NCBI GenBank assembly: GCA_038087875.1 | Contig: CM076000.1 | Location: 2,046,001-2,110,000 of the forward strand | Direction of reading: 5' to 3' | Length of the DNA: 64,000 nucleotides | From: Malacoraja senta | Lineage: Eukaryota | Part shown: positions 51,663 through 64,000 of the stretch, piece by piece | How the letters are laid out: each line of letters opens with the position of its first letter | Numbering within the stretch: the stretch's first letter is position 1 | Program-made: the position numbers and the translations under genes | Notes under the pieces: generated by a model | Databases searched by the model: none | What the model was told of the DNA's origin: nothing | The model's input: only the letters and a program-made list of their open reading frames with translations

Positions 51663-52342
51663 GTGAAAAGCTTTTTTGTTGCATGCTATCCAATCAGTGA
51701 AAAAACTATACCTGTACACGATTACCATTCATGCTGTCCACAGTGTACAAATACAGGATAAAGTGAATAGATGTGGACGGCTCAATTGTAATCATATATA
51801 GTCTTTCCACTGAACTGGTTTGCATGCAACAAAAGCTTTTCACTGTACCTGTACCAGTAACTGACTGACTGACTGACGGACTGACTGACTAACTGACTGA
51901 CTAATGTTTAGTGCAAGATAAAGTCCAATTAAAGATAGTTCAAGAGTCTGCAATGATGTAAATAGTAGGTCAGGCCTGCACTTTAGTTGGTGATAGGATG
52001 GTTCAGTTGCCTGACTAGCAGTTTGGAAAAAGCAGGTTGAATGAGCATATACATTATTGTGTGGTTTTTTCAAGTTTTCCATATATGTGCACCAAATGTG
52101 ATTTCAACATGAACCATCCTGAAACAACAAAGAGCTGGAGTAACCCAGCAGGTCATAAGGTCATAAGGTCATGTGATAGGAGCAGAATTAGGCCATTCGG
52201 CCCATCAAGTCTACTCCGCCATTCCATCATGGCTGATCTACCTCTCCCTTCTAACCCCATTCTCCTGCCTTTTTCCCATAACCCCTGACACCCATACTAA
52301 TCAAGAATCTATCTATCTCTGCCTTAAAAATATCCATTGATG

Positions 52343-53130
52343 TCAGGCAGACTCTCTGGAGAACATGGATATGTGACATTTTGGGTCAAGTTCCTTCATC
52401 AGGAATGGGGGTTGGGATGGGGGCGAAAGCTGCAAAAGAGGAGGGGCTAGACAAAGCTTGGCAGGGGATAGGTGGATACTGGTGAGCGGGGGGTGGGGGC
52501 GGGGGTGGGGTTCAGATAGGCAGGTTGTTGGATAAAGGCCAGAGATGAAAAATCTAAAGATGTGAGATAAGGATAAAAGAGTGGATGGCACAGTGGCACA
52601 ACAGTAGAGTTGCTGCCTTAAGCGCCAGAGACCTGGATTTGTACATTCCTCCTGTGACCTTGTGGGTTTTCTCTGGTTGCTCCGGTTTCCTTCCACACTC
52701 CAAAGGCATACAGGTTTGTAGGGTAATTGGTTTCAGTAAAAAATTGTAAATCATCCTTAGTGCGGTTGGCAGTGGTTGGCACAGACCTGTTTCTGCGCCG
52801 TGTCTCTAAAGCTTAGTTCTTTCCTTCTATCCTCTGGCTTCACAATTTGCAACTCTTCTATCCGTATCCCACACCTTTAGTCTTTTCATCACTGGCCTTT
52901 GTCCAACCATCTGTCTATTAAATACCTCCTCACCAGTACCCACCTATTTCATGCCAGGCTTTGTCCTGCCCCTCCTCTCTTCCAGCTTTCGTCCCCCCAC
53001 CACCGTCTGCAGAAGGATCCTGACCCTGATCCATGTTCTTCAAAGATGCTGCCTGACCCGTTGAGTTACTCCAGCACGTTGTGTCTTTTTTCTGTTATAA
53101 ACCAGCAACTGCAGTTCCTTGTTTCCAAAA
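52343..53130. mobile_element. Opposed Penelope 3'UTR/terminal-repeat fragments with a V-SINE (52586-52810, +) between them
   Basis: Minus-strand module at 52343-52585, SINE head and V-domain, plus-strand module at 52815-53130. Confidence 0.65.
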
Positions 53131-53736
53131 CCTGAAGTAACATTGGATCTGAAGAATTATTTTCCTCCCAGCCACGCATTTCTTTCCATTGAACTGCATC
53201 CAGCATGTGTACCTGATGCCTTGTTAATAAACGACTTCAGAGAGAAGTGTTGCTCAGAATAGGACTCATAGCTACTGGCTTAGGTATGTAGATTGGATTG
53301 ATCAAATATTCCACATGGTTTAATGATTTCTGTGCTGTTAGGAAACAGTAGTGTTCCCTATGCAAAGGTTTAAAGCCAGCGCTGAATAATGGACAATGGA
53401 GGTTTGCATGAGAGCTCAGAGGTTTCACTTAGAGGATCAAAGAATGTTTAAACATTACTTTTATTCAAGAAAGCAATTAAGTTGATTGTTGCTCATGCTA
53501 AAACAGATTGTACACAAAGCATTTACAGGGCCAACTGTGGTAACCAGTTTGACGAGATGAATGGACTTTTCTCATTTCATCCAGTTTTGCGCAGTTAAGG
53601 TGGAAAATAAAATTATTTGCAGCAAATGAAGTAAAATTATGAATGCATACACCCTCCATGTGTGCCATGCACAAAGTAAAATTCTTATCTTCTATTGTCC
53701 GACCTGCCATTCGCTGATTTTTCAGTGAATAGTATA

Positions 53737-54030
53737 GGGCGGCACAGTGGCGCAGCGGTAGAGTTGCTGCCTCACAGCACCAGAGGCCTGGGTTTGATCC
53801 TGATTATGGGTGCTGTCTGTATGGAGTTTGTACGTTTTCTCTGTAACTACGTGGATTTTCTCCGGGTGCTCTGGTTTCCTCCCACACTCCAAAGACGTAA
53901 AGGTTTGCAGGCTAATTGGCTTCTGTAAATTGTCCCTAGTGTGTCGGATAGAACTAGTGTATGGGTGATCGTTGGTCGGTGTGGAGTTGGTGGGCTGAAG
54001 GGCCTGTTTCCACGCTGTTTCTCTATACTA
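53737..54030 (+). mobile_element. V-SINE, full length
   Basis: Box A TGGCGCAGCGG, V-domain and CR1-like tail. Confidence 0.88.
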
Positions 54031-54324
54031 ATTATGTCAAGAGTCAGATCAAGAGTGTTTAATTGTTATATGTACTGTCAACAGAACTATGAAACTCTTA
54101 ATTGAAGCAGGCCTATGAACACAATGCACACTGCTAATATATAATAAAAACAAATTTAATATATTTATTACTACGTCCTTAGTGCAACTAAAGACAGTCC
54201 ATAGAAGTTCATAGTTGAGGTTAGTGTTGTGTAGTGTTCAAGAGCCTGATGGTTGTTGGGAAGAAGCTGTTTTTGAGTCCAATGGTCTTGAGTCCAAGAG
54301 CGAAGTCGTGGTGGTGTGGGTCTT

Positions 54325-55075
54325 TGATTCAAGATTCAAGATTCAAGAGAGTTTATTGTCATGTGTCCCAGATAGGACAATGAAATTCTTGCTTTGCTTT
54401 AGCACAACAGAATATAATAAGCATGAATAATACAGAACAGATCAGTGTGTCCACATACCATTATATAAATATATACACACATGAATAAATAAACAGATAA
54501 AGTGCAAATAAACAGCTAATGGGCTATGAATGTTCAGAGTTTTGTATGAGTTGAGTTTAATAGCCTGATGGCTGTGGGGAAGTAGCTATTCCTGAACGTC
54601 GATGTTGCAGTCTTCAGGCTCCTGTACCTTCTACCTGAAGGTAGGGGGGAGATGAGTGGCCAGGATGGTGTGGGTCCTTGATGATGCTGCCAGCCTTTTT
54701 GAGGCAGCGACTGCGATAGATCCCCTCGATGGTAGGGAGGTCAGAGCCGATGATGGACTGGGCAGTATTTACTACTTTTTGTAGTCTTTTCCGCTCCTGG
54801 GCACTCAAGTTGCCGAACCAAGCCACGATGCAACCGGTCAGCATGCTCTCTACTGTGCACCTGTAGAAGTTAGAGAGAGTCCTCCTTGACATATCGACTC
54901 TCCGTAATATTCTCAGGAAGTAGAGGCGCTGATGTGCTTTTTTTATAATTGCATCAGTGTTCTCGGACCAGGAGAGATCTTCAGAGATGTGCACGCCCAG
55001 GAATTTGAAGCTCTTGACCCTTTCCACCAACGACCCATTGATATAAACGGGACTGTGGGAACCCATCCTACCCCT
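54325..55075 (-). mobile_element. Rex1/Babar LINE 3' portion
   Basis: VERVKSFKFLGVHISEDLSWSENT..IKKAHQRLYFLR...FYRCTVESMLTGCIVAWFGN (Rex1-type post-RT domain); tail ATGACAATAAA..(TTGAATC)n. Confidence 0.88.
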
Positions 55076-55254
55076 TCACAATCAGTGATGATATTGTCTG
55101 CCTTTTTGAAAGAGGGCCTCCTATAGATCTCTTCGATGGTGGGGAGTCCATTATCTGTGAAGCACTGGGCAGTGACTACCACTCTCTGTAATCTCCTTGG
55201 TCCCTGGGTGTTCGATTGTCAAGAGTTCAGCTCAAGGGTGTTGAAGTGTCAGTA

Positions 55255-55872
55255 GACATAAAATGCTGGAGTAACTCAGTGGGACAGGCAGCATCTCTGG
55301 AGAAAAGGAATGGGTGACGTTTTGGGATGAAACCCTTCTTCAGACTGATGTCAGGGGAGTGGGCGGTACAGAAATAAAATGTAGTCGGAGACAGTAAGAC
55401 TGGTAGGAGAACTGTGAAGGGGGAAGGGATGGAGAGAGAGGGAAAGCAAGGGCTACTTGAAGTTTAGGGAAGTCAATGTTAATACCGCTGGGGTGTAAGC
55501 TACCCAAGCGAAATATGAGGTGCTGTTCCTCCAATTTGCGCTGGGCTTCACTCTGACAACGGAGGAGGCCCAGGACAGAAAGGTCAGTGTTGGAATGGGA
55601 GGGGGAGTTAAAGTGTTGAGCAACTGGGAGATCAGGTAGGTTTAGGTGGACTGAGCGGAGGTGTTCAGCGAAACGATCGCCAAGCCTGTGCTTAGTCTCG
55701 CCGATATATAGGAGTCCACACCTGGAACAGCAGATACAGTAGATGAGGTTGGAGGAGGTGCAAGTGAACCTCTGCCTCACCTGAAAAGACTGTTGGGGTC
55801 CTTGGACAGAGTCGAGGAGGGGGGGTATAGGGACAGGTGTTGCATTTCCTGCGGTTGCAGGGGAAAGTACCT
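55255..55872 (-). mobile_element. Penelope-like 3' fragment (GIY-YIG + terminal repeat with degenerate hammerhead motif at about 55313-55347)
   Basis: ORF 55340-55897 contains NLIYCICCSRCGLLYIGETKHRLGDRFAEH...LEEQHLIFRLG. The minus strand reads CTGAAGAAGGGTTTCATCCCAAAACGTCACC. Confidence 0.9.
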
Positions 55873-56979
55873 GTTTAATTGTCATATGTACTGACATGGA
55901 AGAATGAAATTCTTACTTACAGCAGTTTCAAAGGCCTGTAAAAACAATGCACAGATAATATATAATAAACAAAAATAGCAAACAATTAATAACCACAATA
56001 TCAGTGCAAAAAAACTGAACTGGTGCAACCAAAGACAGTCCATTATAGTTTGAGGGTGAGATTAGTACTGTGTATTACAATGCAGTTATAATCATTTATT
56101 TTTGACAGATTGTAATAGGTGATTTTTTTTCCCCTTAGAATTAATGTTTATTGCACAAACGTTGTATATAATATGGAATATTAATAATATAGTGTAGAAA
56201 ATGGGTAACAACAATACATCAATAAGTATCTTCCTCTTCTTCTTCTTGCGTATGGCGTGCACAGCTTAAAGTTGTAGGACAACTTGAAGAAGTATCTAAT
56301 CACACAGGTGGGTATGGAACAACTAGAAACAAATCTTTAATTTCTTTTTTAGCAATGGGGCCCAGGGCAGTGAGCTTAAATGCTGCCTTCCAGCACAATT
56401 TGTGTCAGGGTTAATTATAGGCTCAAAGTTAACTTATTTCCGCAAGGTTGACATCATTACAGGACATCTGGAAACATTCCATAATTTCCATCAAAACATA
56501 TGATGACACTTTTCTAAATAAGACCCAGGCGGCTTGTTTGCAAACGTTGATAAAGTTTTTAACGTCTTTTCCCTCAGTATTGTCAAACTGTGTCACGTTT
56601 AGTTCTTGTACTGATAGCATTCTGATTGCCAGGCACATAAATGTTTGTTCACTAATATTATTCCAATTAAAGCAAAAGTACCAGTTCTGGCAGAAGGCTC
56701 ACGCGGTCTGACAAATGAATAGTACATCATAATGATATTTGTGACTGTCATGACCCCAGCCGATCTGAACTGACCACCCATGTCGAGTTAGTCTAAAGGT
56801 TTTGTATTTTTTTTATATACAGTTTAGCCAACCTTCATGAAAGCTCACGATCTGTTTGGATCTGTGACAATTTCTCCCCCTGATTGATGTCGTTCCACGC
56901 CGTGAGAGGTAAATCATGCAAATCCTGATTTAACTTAACGTGAAGGATAAATAGTTAAAGTGATAGATAGGAAATGCAA

Positions 56980-57001
56980 GTGTGTGTGTGTGTGTGTGTG
57001 T
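56980..57001. repeat. (GT)n microsatellite
   Basis: Read directly. Confidence 0.95.
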
Positions 57002-57484
57002 AGCGATCAGCAGATCGTGATTTGGGCTGTGGTACAGTGAAACGATTTTCTAATGTAAAATGGCAAACTTTTAGCAGAAGCCTGAGCCAACACTTTCTAG
57101 TTTAAGCAGGTTGGTTGAGCTCTTGGGTTAAAGTCCACTCTTCTGGTTTGTGACTCGCTTGAGTGCCAAAAGAACCTTTAATCATTTCTGTAAATGTCAG
57201 CACTAATACAGGTGTTTGAATAAAAATGATTCTCCTTTCAGCTTGCGGTTTTGGGGGCCTGTGGAGACAGTTCAAGTGTGTGCAAGACAATGCTTGGCAG
57301 GACACTGCATGCACCTCTCCCTTACACCCCACCCTTGTTTAATATCCACTGGAGCGATACACCAGAGTCAGTCCACACCACGGATGTTGTAAAGCCACGT
57401 TGTTATATTAACAACAAGGCAAGGAGAGCTCTCTGCTGGCTGCATCCTGCTAAATAACTCACGCTGCAAAGAAGACATAAAGGA

Positions 57485-58535
57485 GCGGATAAAAGCTGGA
57501 AAAGAGTGGCAGATACGGGACAGAACCTGGCAAGTGATAGGTGGAAGGTAGACACAGAATGCAGAGGTAACTCGGCAGGTCAGGCAGCATCTCTGGAGAA
57601 AAGGAATAGTTGACGTTTCGGGTTGAGACCCTTATTTAGACTGAGTCAGGGGAGAGGGAAATCAGAGATATGAAAAGGTTCAGAAGAAATCAGAGATATG
57701 AAAAGGTTCAGAAGAAATCAGAGCTGGCACCGATGGCTAACGAAAGGTGGAGCCCACAATGATCCATTGTTGGCCATGGAAGAGGTGATAATGAAGGGAT
57801 GTATGGATGTGATCAGTGAAACTGGGTCGACAAGGATGGGGGTTGGATGGAGAAAGAGGGAATGCAAGGGTCACTTGAAATTAGAGAATCAATATTCTTA
57901 CAGCTGGGTTGTAAGATGCCCAAGCGAAATATGAGGTGCTGTTCTTCCAATTTGCGTGTGGCTTCACTCTGACAGTAGAGGAGGCTCAGGATGGAAAGGT
58001 CAGTATGGGAATGGGAAGGGGAGTTAAAGTATTTGGCAACCGGGAGAACATTATAAGTGATAGATGGACACAGGTGGGGGGGGGGGGGGTGATTGGAAAA
58101 TGGGTGGACTAAGTGACAAAAGTGAGAAGTGAAAGGGAGACAAAAGGGTGTCAGAAAAGGAACATTGAGGAGGAGTGAAATGTAAAGCCAGAGAGGGAGG
58201 GATGTGGGTGGACTGGGTCATGGGGGAAGGATAAGAGGGGGGGGGGGAGAAATGTGGGACAGGGATGGGAGAGTATATGAAGGAACAGGGTGTGTGGAGG
58301 GGTGGGAAGATGATGGGAGTATTGGAGCACACCAGGGTAGGGGAGATGCACCCCTTTACTCCATCAGTCTGAAGAAGGGTTCCAATTCAAAACAGACACA
58401 AAATGCTGGAGTAACTCAGCGGGACAGGCAACATCTGTGGAAAGAAGGAATGGGTCCATTCCAAAATGTCATCTGTTGATTCTCTCCATAGAAGCTGCCT
58501 GACCCGCTGCGTTGCTCCAGCACTTTGTGTTTTGC
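57485..58535. mobile_element. Cluster of Penelope-like 3' fragments and terminal-repeat modules in both orientations
   Basis: GIY-YIG C-terminal DNA (CCAAGCGAAATATGAGGTGCTGTTC, minus strand), hammerhead remnants at about 57610-57642 and 58365-58385, and an inverted pair at 58390-58535. Confidence 0.75.
57658..57723. repeat. 28-bp tandem duplication
   Basis: (GAAATCAGAGATATGAAAAGGTTCAGAA)x2 plus a partial copy. Confidence 0.9.
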
Positions 58536-58739
58536 TCAATTTAATCCTCATTTGTTTCAGAAAATAATGGGTGGCATTGTGGCACAATGGTAGAGTTCGA
58601 TTCTGACTATGGGTGCTGTCTATACAAAGTTTGTACATTCTTCCTGTAACCACCTGGTTTTTCTCTGGGTGCTCTGGTTTACTCCCAAATTCCAAAGACG
58701 TGTAGGTTTGTAGGTTAATTGGCTTCTATAAATTGTTAT

Positions 58740-59390
58740 GGAGTCAGAAGGTCATACAGTGTGGAAACAGGCCCTTTGGCCCTACTTGCCCACACTGACC
58801 AATATGTCCCATCTACACTAATCCTATCTGCCTGCATTTGGCCCATATCCCTTTAAACCTATCCAATCCATGTACCTGTCCAAATGTTTCTTAAACATTG
58901 TGATAGTACCTGTCTCAACTACCTTCTCTGGCAACTCGTCCCATACCTATCGCCCTTTGTGTGACAAAATGACCCGTCAGGTTCTTGTTAAATCTCCCCC
59001 CCCCTCAGCTAAAACCCATGTCCTCTGGTTCTCGATTCTCCTACTCTGGGCAAGAGACTCTGTGTGTCTACTTGATCTATTCCTCTCATGATTTTCTACA
59101 CCTCTAGACCTCTTATCCTCCTGCACTCCAAGGACTTGCACCAAACATTATTCCCTTATCATGTATCCGTACACTGTAAGTGGCTAGATTGTAATCATGT
59201 ATTGTCTTTCCGCTGACTGGTTAGCACGGAACAAAATCTTTTCACTGTACATCGGTACATGTGACAATAAACTGACCTGAACTGGAAGGAATAAAATCTT
59301 GGCCTGCTCAACATCTCCCTATAGCTCAGGCCTTCGAGTCCTGGCCAAATCCTCGTAAATCTTCTCTGCATCCTTTCCCGCTTGACAACA
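58740..59390 (-). mobile_element. CR1 3' fragment split by a Rex1-type tail (59135-59285, +)
   Basis: QRRFTRIWPGLEGLSYREML plus the CR1 3' end CAGGCCCTTTGGCCC. Confidence 0.75.
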
Positions 59391-59539
59391 TGGTGCTTTT
59401 TAAGGTGCTTCACCAGTGTTTTCAAACTGACTCCAGTACGGGTCATAGCATCCAGAGGTGAAAACAGTTCACTGTTGCTTTTGCCAGCTCCTTGGATAAA
59501 GTTCCTGAGATATGGTTTTCACAACAGGCATTGGTCAGT

Positions 59540-59835
59540 CTTTAAAGATACAGCATCGAAACAGCTCCTTCAGCCCACCGAGTCTGCGCTGACCAGCGAT
59601 CCCCGTACACTAGCGCTATTCTACTAGGGACAATTTACAATTTGCAGAAGCCAATTAACTAAAAAGAATTGCACGTCTTTGGAATGTAGAAGGACACTGG
59701 AGCACCCAGAGAAAACCCACACGGTCAGGGGGAGAACGTACAAACTCCGTACAGACAGCATCCATAGTCAGGATCAAACCTGGGTGTCTTGGCGCTGTAA
59801 GGCAACAACTCTACCGCTGCGCCACTGTGCCACCC
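59540..59835 (-). mobile_element. V-SINE
   Basis: Reverse complement of the SINE consensus. Another partial copy lies at 58569-58735 (+). Confidence 0.86.
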
Positions 59836-59914
59836 TCAGTTGAATTATGAGTTTTTTTACATAATCACATTTAATCTTCCCATTGTTGCAATCTGCCCTT
59901 TTAAGCTGCATTTA

Positions 59915-61540
59915 TAGATACATAGATACATAGAAAATAGGTGCAGGAGTAGGCCATTCGGCCCTTCGAGCCTGCACCGCCATTCAATATGATCATGGCT
60001 GATCATCCAACTCAGTATCCCGTACCTGCCTTCTCTCCATACCCCCTGATCCCTTTAGCCACAAGGGCCACATCTAACTCCCTCTTAAATATAGCCAATG
60101 AACTGGCCTCAACTACCCTCTGTGGCAGAGAGTTCCAGAGATTCACCACTCTCTGTGTGAAAAAGTTTTTTCGCATCTCGGTCTTAAAGGATTTCCCCCT
60201 TATCCTTAAGCTGTGACCCCTTGTCCTGCACTTCCCCAACATCAGGAACAATCTTCCTGCATCTTGCCTGTCCAACCCCATAAGAATTTTGTAAGTTTCT
60301 ATAAGATCCTCTCTCAATCTCCTAAATTCTAGCGAGTATAAGCCAAGTCTATCCAGTCTTTCTTCATATGAAAGACCTGACATCCCAGGAATCAGTCTGG
60401 TGAACCTTCTCTGCACTCCCTCTATGGCTATAATGTCCTTCCTCAGATTTGGAGACCAAAACTGTACGCAATACTCCAGGTGTGGTCTCACCAAGACCCT
60501 GTACAACTGCAGTAGAACCTCCCTGCTCCTATACTCAAATCCTTTTGCTATGAAAGCTAACATACCATTTGCTTTCACTTCCCTGCCTGCTGCACCTGCA
60601 TGCCTACTTTCAATGACTGGTGTACCATGACACCCAGGTCTTGCTGCATCTCCCCATTTCCTAATCGGCCACCATTTAGATAATAGTCTGCTTTCCTGTT
60701 TTTGCCACCAAAGTGGATAACCTCACATTTATCCACATTATACTGCATCTGCCAAACATTTGCCCACTCACCCAACCTATGCAAGTCACCTTGCAGTCTC
60801 CTAGCATCCTCCTGACAGCTAACACTGCCCCCCAGCTTAGTGTCATCCGCAAACTTTGAGATGTTGCCTTCAATTCCCTCGTCCAGATCATTAATATATA
60901 TTGTAAATAGCTGGGGTCCCAGCACTGAGCCTTGCGGTACCCCACTAGTCACTGCCTGCCATTGTGAAAAGGACCCGTTTACTCCTACTCTTTGCTTCCT
61001 GTTTGCCAGCCAGTTCTCTATCCACATCGATACTGAACCCCCAATACCGTGTGCTTTAAGTTTGTATACTAATCTCTTATGTGGGACCTTGTCAAAAGCC
61101 TTCTGAAAGTCCAGATATAACACATCCACTGGTTCTCCCTTATCCACTCTACTAGTTACATCCTCGAAAAATTCTATAAGATTCGTCAGACACGATTTAC
61201 CTTTCGTAAATCCATGCTGACTTTGTCCAATGATTTCACCACTTTCCAAATGTGCTGCTATCCCATCTTTAATAACTGACTCTAGCAGTTTCCCCACTAC
61301 CGATGTTAGACTAACTGGTCTGTAATTCCCCGTTTTCTCTCTCCCTCCCTTCTTAAAAAGTGGGGTTACGTTTGCTACCCTCCAATCCTCAGGAACTACT
61401 CCAGAATCTAAAGAGTTTTGAAAAATTATCACTAATGCATCCACTATTTCTGGAGCTACTTCCTTAAGTACTCTGGGATGCAGCCTATCTGGCCCTGGTG
61501 ATTTATCGGCCTTTAATCCATTCAATTTACCCAACACCAC
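59915..61540 (-). mobile_element. CR1 LINE, young 1.6-kb copy with nearly intact RT
   Basis: 330-aa frame with KSPGPD, NYRPVSLTS, QHGF, LDFQKAFDKVPH, GVPQGSVLGPQLF and FADD; one frameshift into the 188-aa C-terminal frame; TAGATACA-repeat tail. Confidence 0.95.
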
Positions 61541-61589
61541 ATTTAGATTTGTTATTGTCATGTGCACTGAGGTACAGTGAAAATGCCAG

Positions 61590-61945
61590 AGGGTGAGAGG
61601 AGACCTGATAGAAGTGTGTACAATTATGAGAGGCAGAGATAGAGTAAGAAGTCAGAACCTTTTCCCCAGGGTGGAAATAGCAAATTCCAGGGGGTATAGG
61701 TTTAAGGTGAAAGGGGAAAAGATCAAAGGCGATGTATGGGGCAGGTTTTTTACACAAAGGGTGGTGGGTATCTGTCAGGGGTGGCGATGAAGGCAGGTAC
61801 AACTTTAAGAGACTTTTGGATAGGCACATGGACATGCAGGGAATGGAGTATGTGGTGGCAGATAAGAGTTGGTCTTGCATCATGTTCAGCATAAACAATG
61901 TGGGCTGAAGAGCCTGTTCCTGTGCTGTACTGTTTTATGTTCTCT
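61590..61945 (+). mobile_element. CR1 LINE 3' fragment
   Basis: RGDLIEV...FFTQRVVG and tail GGGCTGAAGAGCCTGTTCCTGTGCTGTAC. Confidence 0.82.
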
Positions 61946-62014
61946 GCATGCTATCCAATCATATCATATAATATTATACATAGATACTATCAAGCCAAAC
62001 TCAAGAACAATAGA

Positions 62015-62210
62015 GACATGAGAAACTGCAGATGCTAGTTTACAAAAAAATACACAAAATGCTGGAGTAACTGAGCTGGTCAGGCAGCATCTCCGGAGGA
62101 CATGGATAGGTGACGTTTCAGGTCTAATGTCACAACCCAAAACATCACCTATCCATGTTCTCCAGACATACTGACTGACCTGTTGAGTTGATCCAGCACT
62201 TTGTTTCTTT
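62015..62210. mobile_element. Fold-back Penelope terminal-repeat element
   Basis: Inverted arms at about 62050-62118 and 62139-62208 (CATGGATAGGTGA / TCACCTATCCATG). Confidence 0.75.
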
Positions 62211-62275
62211 TAGTGAAAGATACTGAGTGCAGAATATAATTCTCAGCATTGTAGTGCATCAGTTTCAATGACATA

Positions 62276-62605
62276 TGGCCCTGCCCCATGGTACGAGTTC
62301 ATTCCAAGAGTTCTCCCGAGTTAGCCCTGATTCGAACTCGGAGATTTATGGTAATGGCCGCTCGTCGGTACTCGGGGCTCTCGTGGACATTTTTCAACAT
62401 GTTGAAAAATCTTCCCGAGTCTTCCCGAGCTTACCTGCTGTTAGCGAGTCTTCCCGAGTTCCCGCCGTTAGCGTTATGAGCCGCTAAGAGACGTCCCTGA
62501 GCTCCGACGTACCCGCTACGTTCGTTCTCCGCGCTTACCACGAGTTTGATTTTTTTTAAAGTCGGGAGAGCTCTTGGAATGAACTCGTACCGTGGGACAG
62601 GGCCA
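62276..62605. mobile_element. MITE with about 45-bp TIRs (Harbinger-like TIR core)
   Basis: TGGCCCTGCCCCATGGTACGAGTTCATTCCAAGAGTTCTCCCGA ... TCGGGAGAGCTCTTGGAATGAACTCGTACCGTGGGACAGGGCCA, flanked by (A)TA and TA(A); CpG-rich. Confidence 0.85.
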
Positions 62606-62944
62606 TAAGTCCAATGCCCACAATGGGGTGGAGGTGACTCGTACTGTACCCTAGACATGGAAGGACCGTTCAGAAGTCTGGTAACAGAGGGGAAGAAGCT
62701 TGTCCTGAGTCTGGTGGTGCTGGTGGATATTTCTTCCCAATGTGGAGAACATTTCATTTGGCAAATGCTTTTGCCATGTAGTTGAATTGCTACAGAAATG
62801 TATTTGTGCCGGGAAATTGATACCAGCAGAATGTTTAGTGCATCAAATAAGTTGTTTGGAATTGGAAGCTCCACATTAATCATTCAGTGAAATGAGCCAG
62901 AGTAACATATTACTCAGCAAGAACAGGTTCATCATTCATAAAAG

Positions 62945-63450
62945 CTATCTCAATTCAATCTCCGCCTTAAAAATATCTATTGACTTGGTCTCCACAGCCG
63001 TCTGTGGCAACGAATTCCACAGATTCATCTCCCTCTGATTAAAATAATTCTTCCTCAACTCCTTTATAAAGGTACATCCTTTTATTCTGAGGCTGTGCCT
63101 TCTGGTCCTAGACTCTCCCTCTAGTGGAAACATCCTCTCCACATCCACTCTCTCCAGACCTTTCACTATTCGGTAAGTTTCAATGAGGTCTCCCTTCATC
63201 CTTCTAAACTCGGTGGAGTACAGTCCCAGAGCTGTCAAACGCTCATCATGTGTTAACCCAATCATTCCCGGGATCATTCTCGTAAACATCCTCTGGATCA
63301 TCTCCAACGCCAGCACATCTTCCTCAGATCTGTGGCCCAAAACTGCTCACAATACTCCAGATGCCATCTGACAAGTGCCTTATAAAGCTTCAGCATTACG
63401 GTACATCCCTGATTTTGTATTGGAGTCCTCGTAAAATAAATGCCGCCATT
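62945..63450 (-). mobile_element. CR1 LINE 3' fragment
   Basis: LEMIQRMFTRMIPG...GDLIETYRI...NLWNSLP. Confidence 0.87.
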
Positions 63451-64000
63451 GTACTTTGCTTCCTTACCAAGACCTGAGCCAGGAATGATGTCGGCAAGAA
63501 ATTCTGAGCAAAGTCAGACTTTTTTCACCATTCTACGGGCAAGAGGAGAACTCGGCTGTTATTGTTCAATAAAATTCTTAGAATGGTCACCTTCTTAGCC
63601 CTTTATTTGTGGCTCAATTTCAGAACAGAGCTTTGCCATTGAGAAGGAGGGAGGGAGGGTTGCTTTAATGTCCACTGATAAATGCAATGCATAAGTCTGC
63701 ATTTTAATTATGTCGAAAGAACTGGATCAGATTTATGCTCAAAATACGCTGTTGCTTTTCTGAAACTAAAAGTGTATCCTTTCTGACCAATGTCGTGCAT
63801 CTAAACTCAATTCCTGGGTTGCTTACGTTCAAAAGTAAAACATTTTGTGTGTCACATTGTCATTAATCAGAATTTGTGGAGCAAGAGTATTCAGAAGGAA
63901 AAAAAAATAATGTTTACTAAACAATGTATTTAATGAACTGATGATTATACTAAAATCCACTTCCTGCTCTATCGAGTAAATACAAAAGCTTTTATTGTAT

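Noticed and set aside
60575..61567. 330-aa RT ORF as a domesticated gene or active LINE
   Set aside because: 5'-truncated CR1 lacking the endonuclease, with a frameshift near 60575; its N-terminal residues come from an adjacent Rex1-type tail.

Overview
Vertebrate genomic DNA; the repeat families point to a cartilaginous fish, probably a skate or ray (inference). The only host gene is the 3' part of FGF9 on the + strand: coding exon 2 (420-523), a 20.6-kb intron, coding exon 3 (21096-21341) and a conserved-looking 3'UTR with a miR-140 8-mer site and an AU-rich element. About 40 kb of gene-free DNA follows. The rest is largely transposable elements: over 20 tRNA-derived V-SINEs (HE1-like), many CR1 LINE 3' fragments, Rex1/Babar tails, one L1 3' end with a 15-bp TSD, a decayed Penelope-like element (RT + GIY-YIG), a decayed BEL/Pao LTR element in a four-level nested insertion, and three DNA-transposon MITEs. 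The most unusual signal is a dispersed family of Penelope terminal-repeat modules carrying a minimal hammerhead-ribozyme motif, several of them arranged as short fold-back elements whose symmetry axis lies at the ribozyme core. Nearly all ORF-track entries are TE fragments or spurious. TE boundaries are approximate unless a TSD or TIR is quoted, and family names come from recalled consensus features, not database searches.
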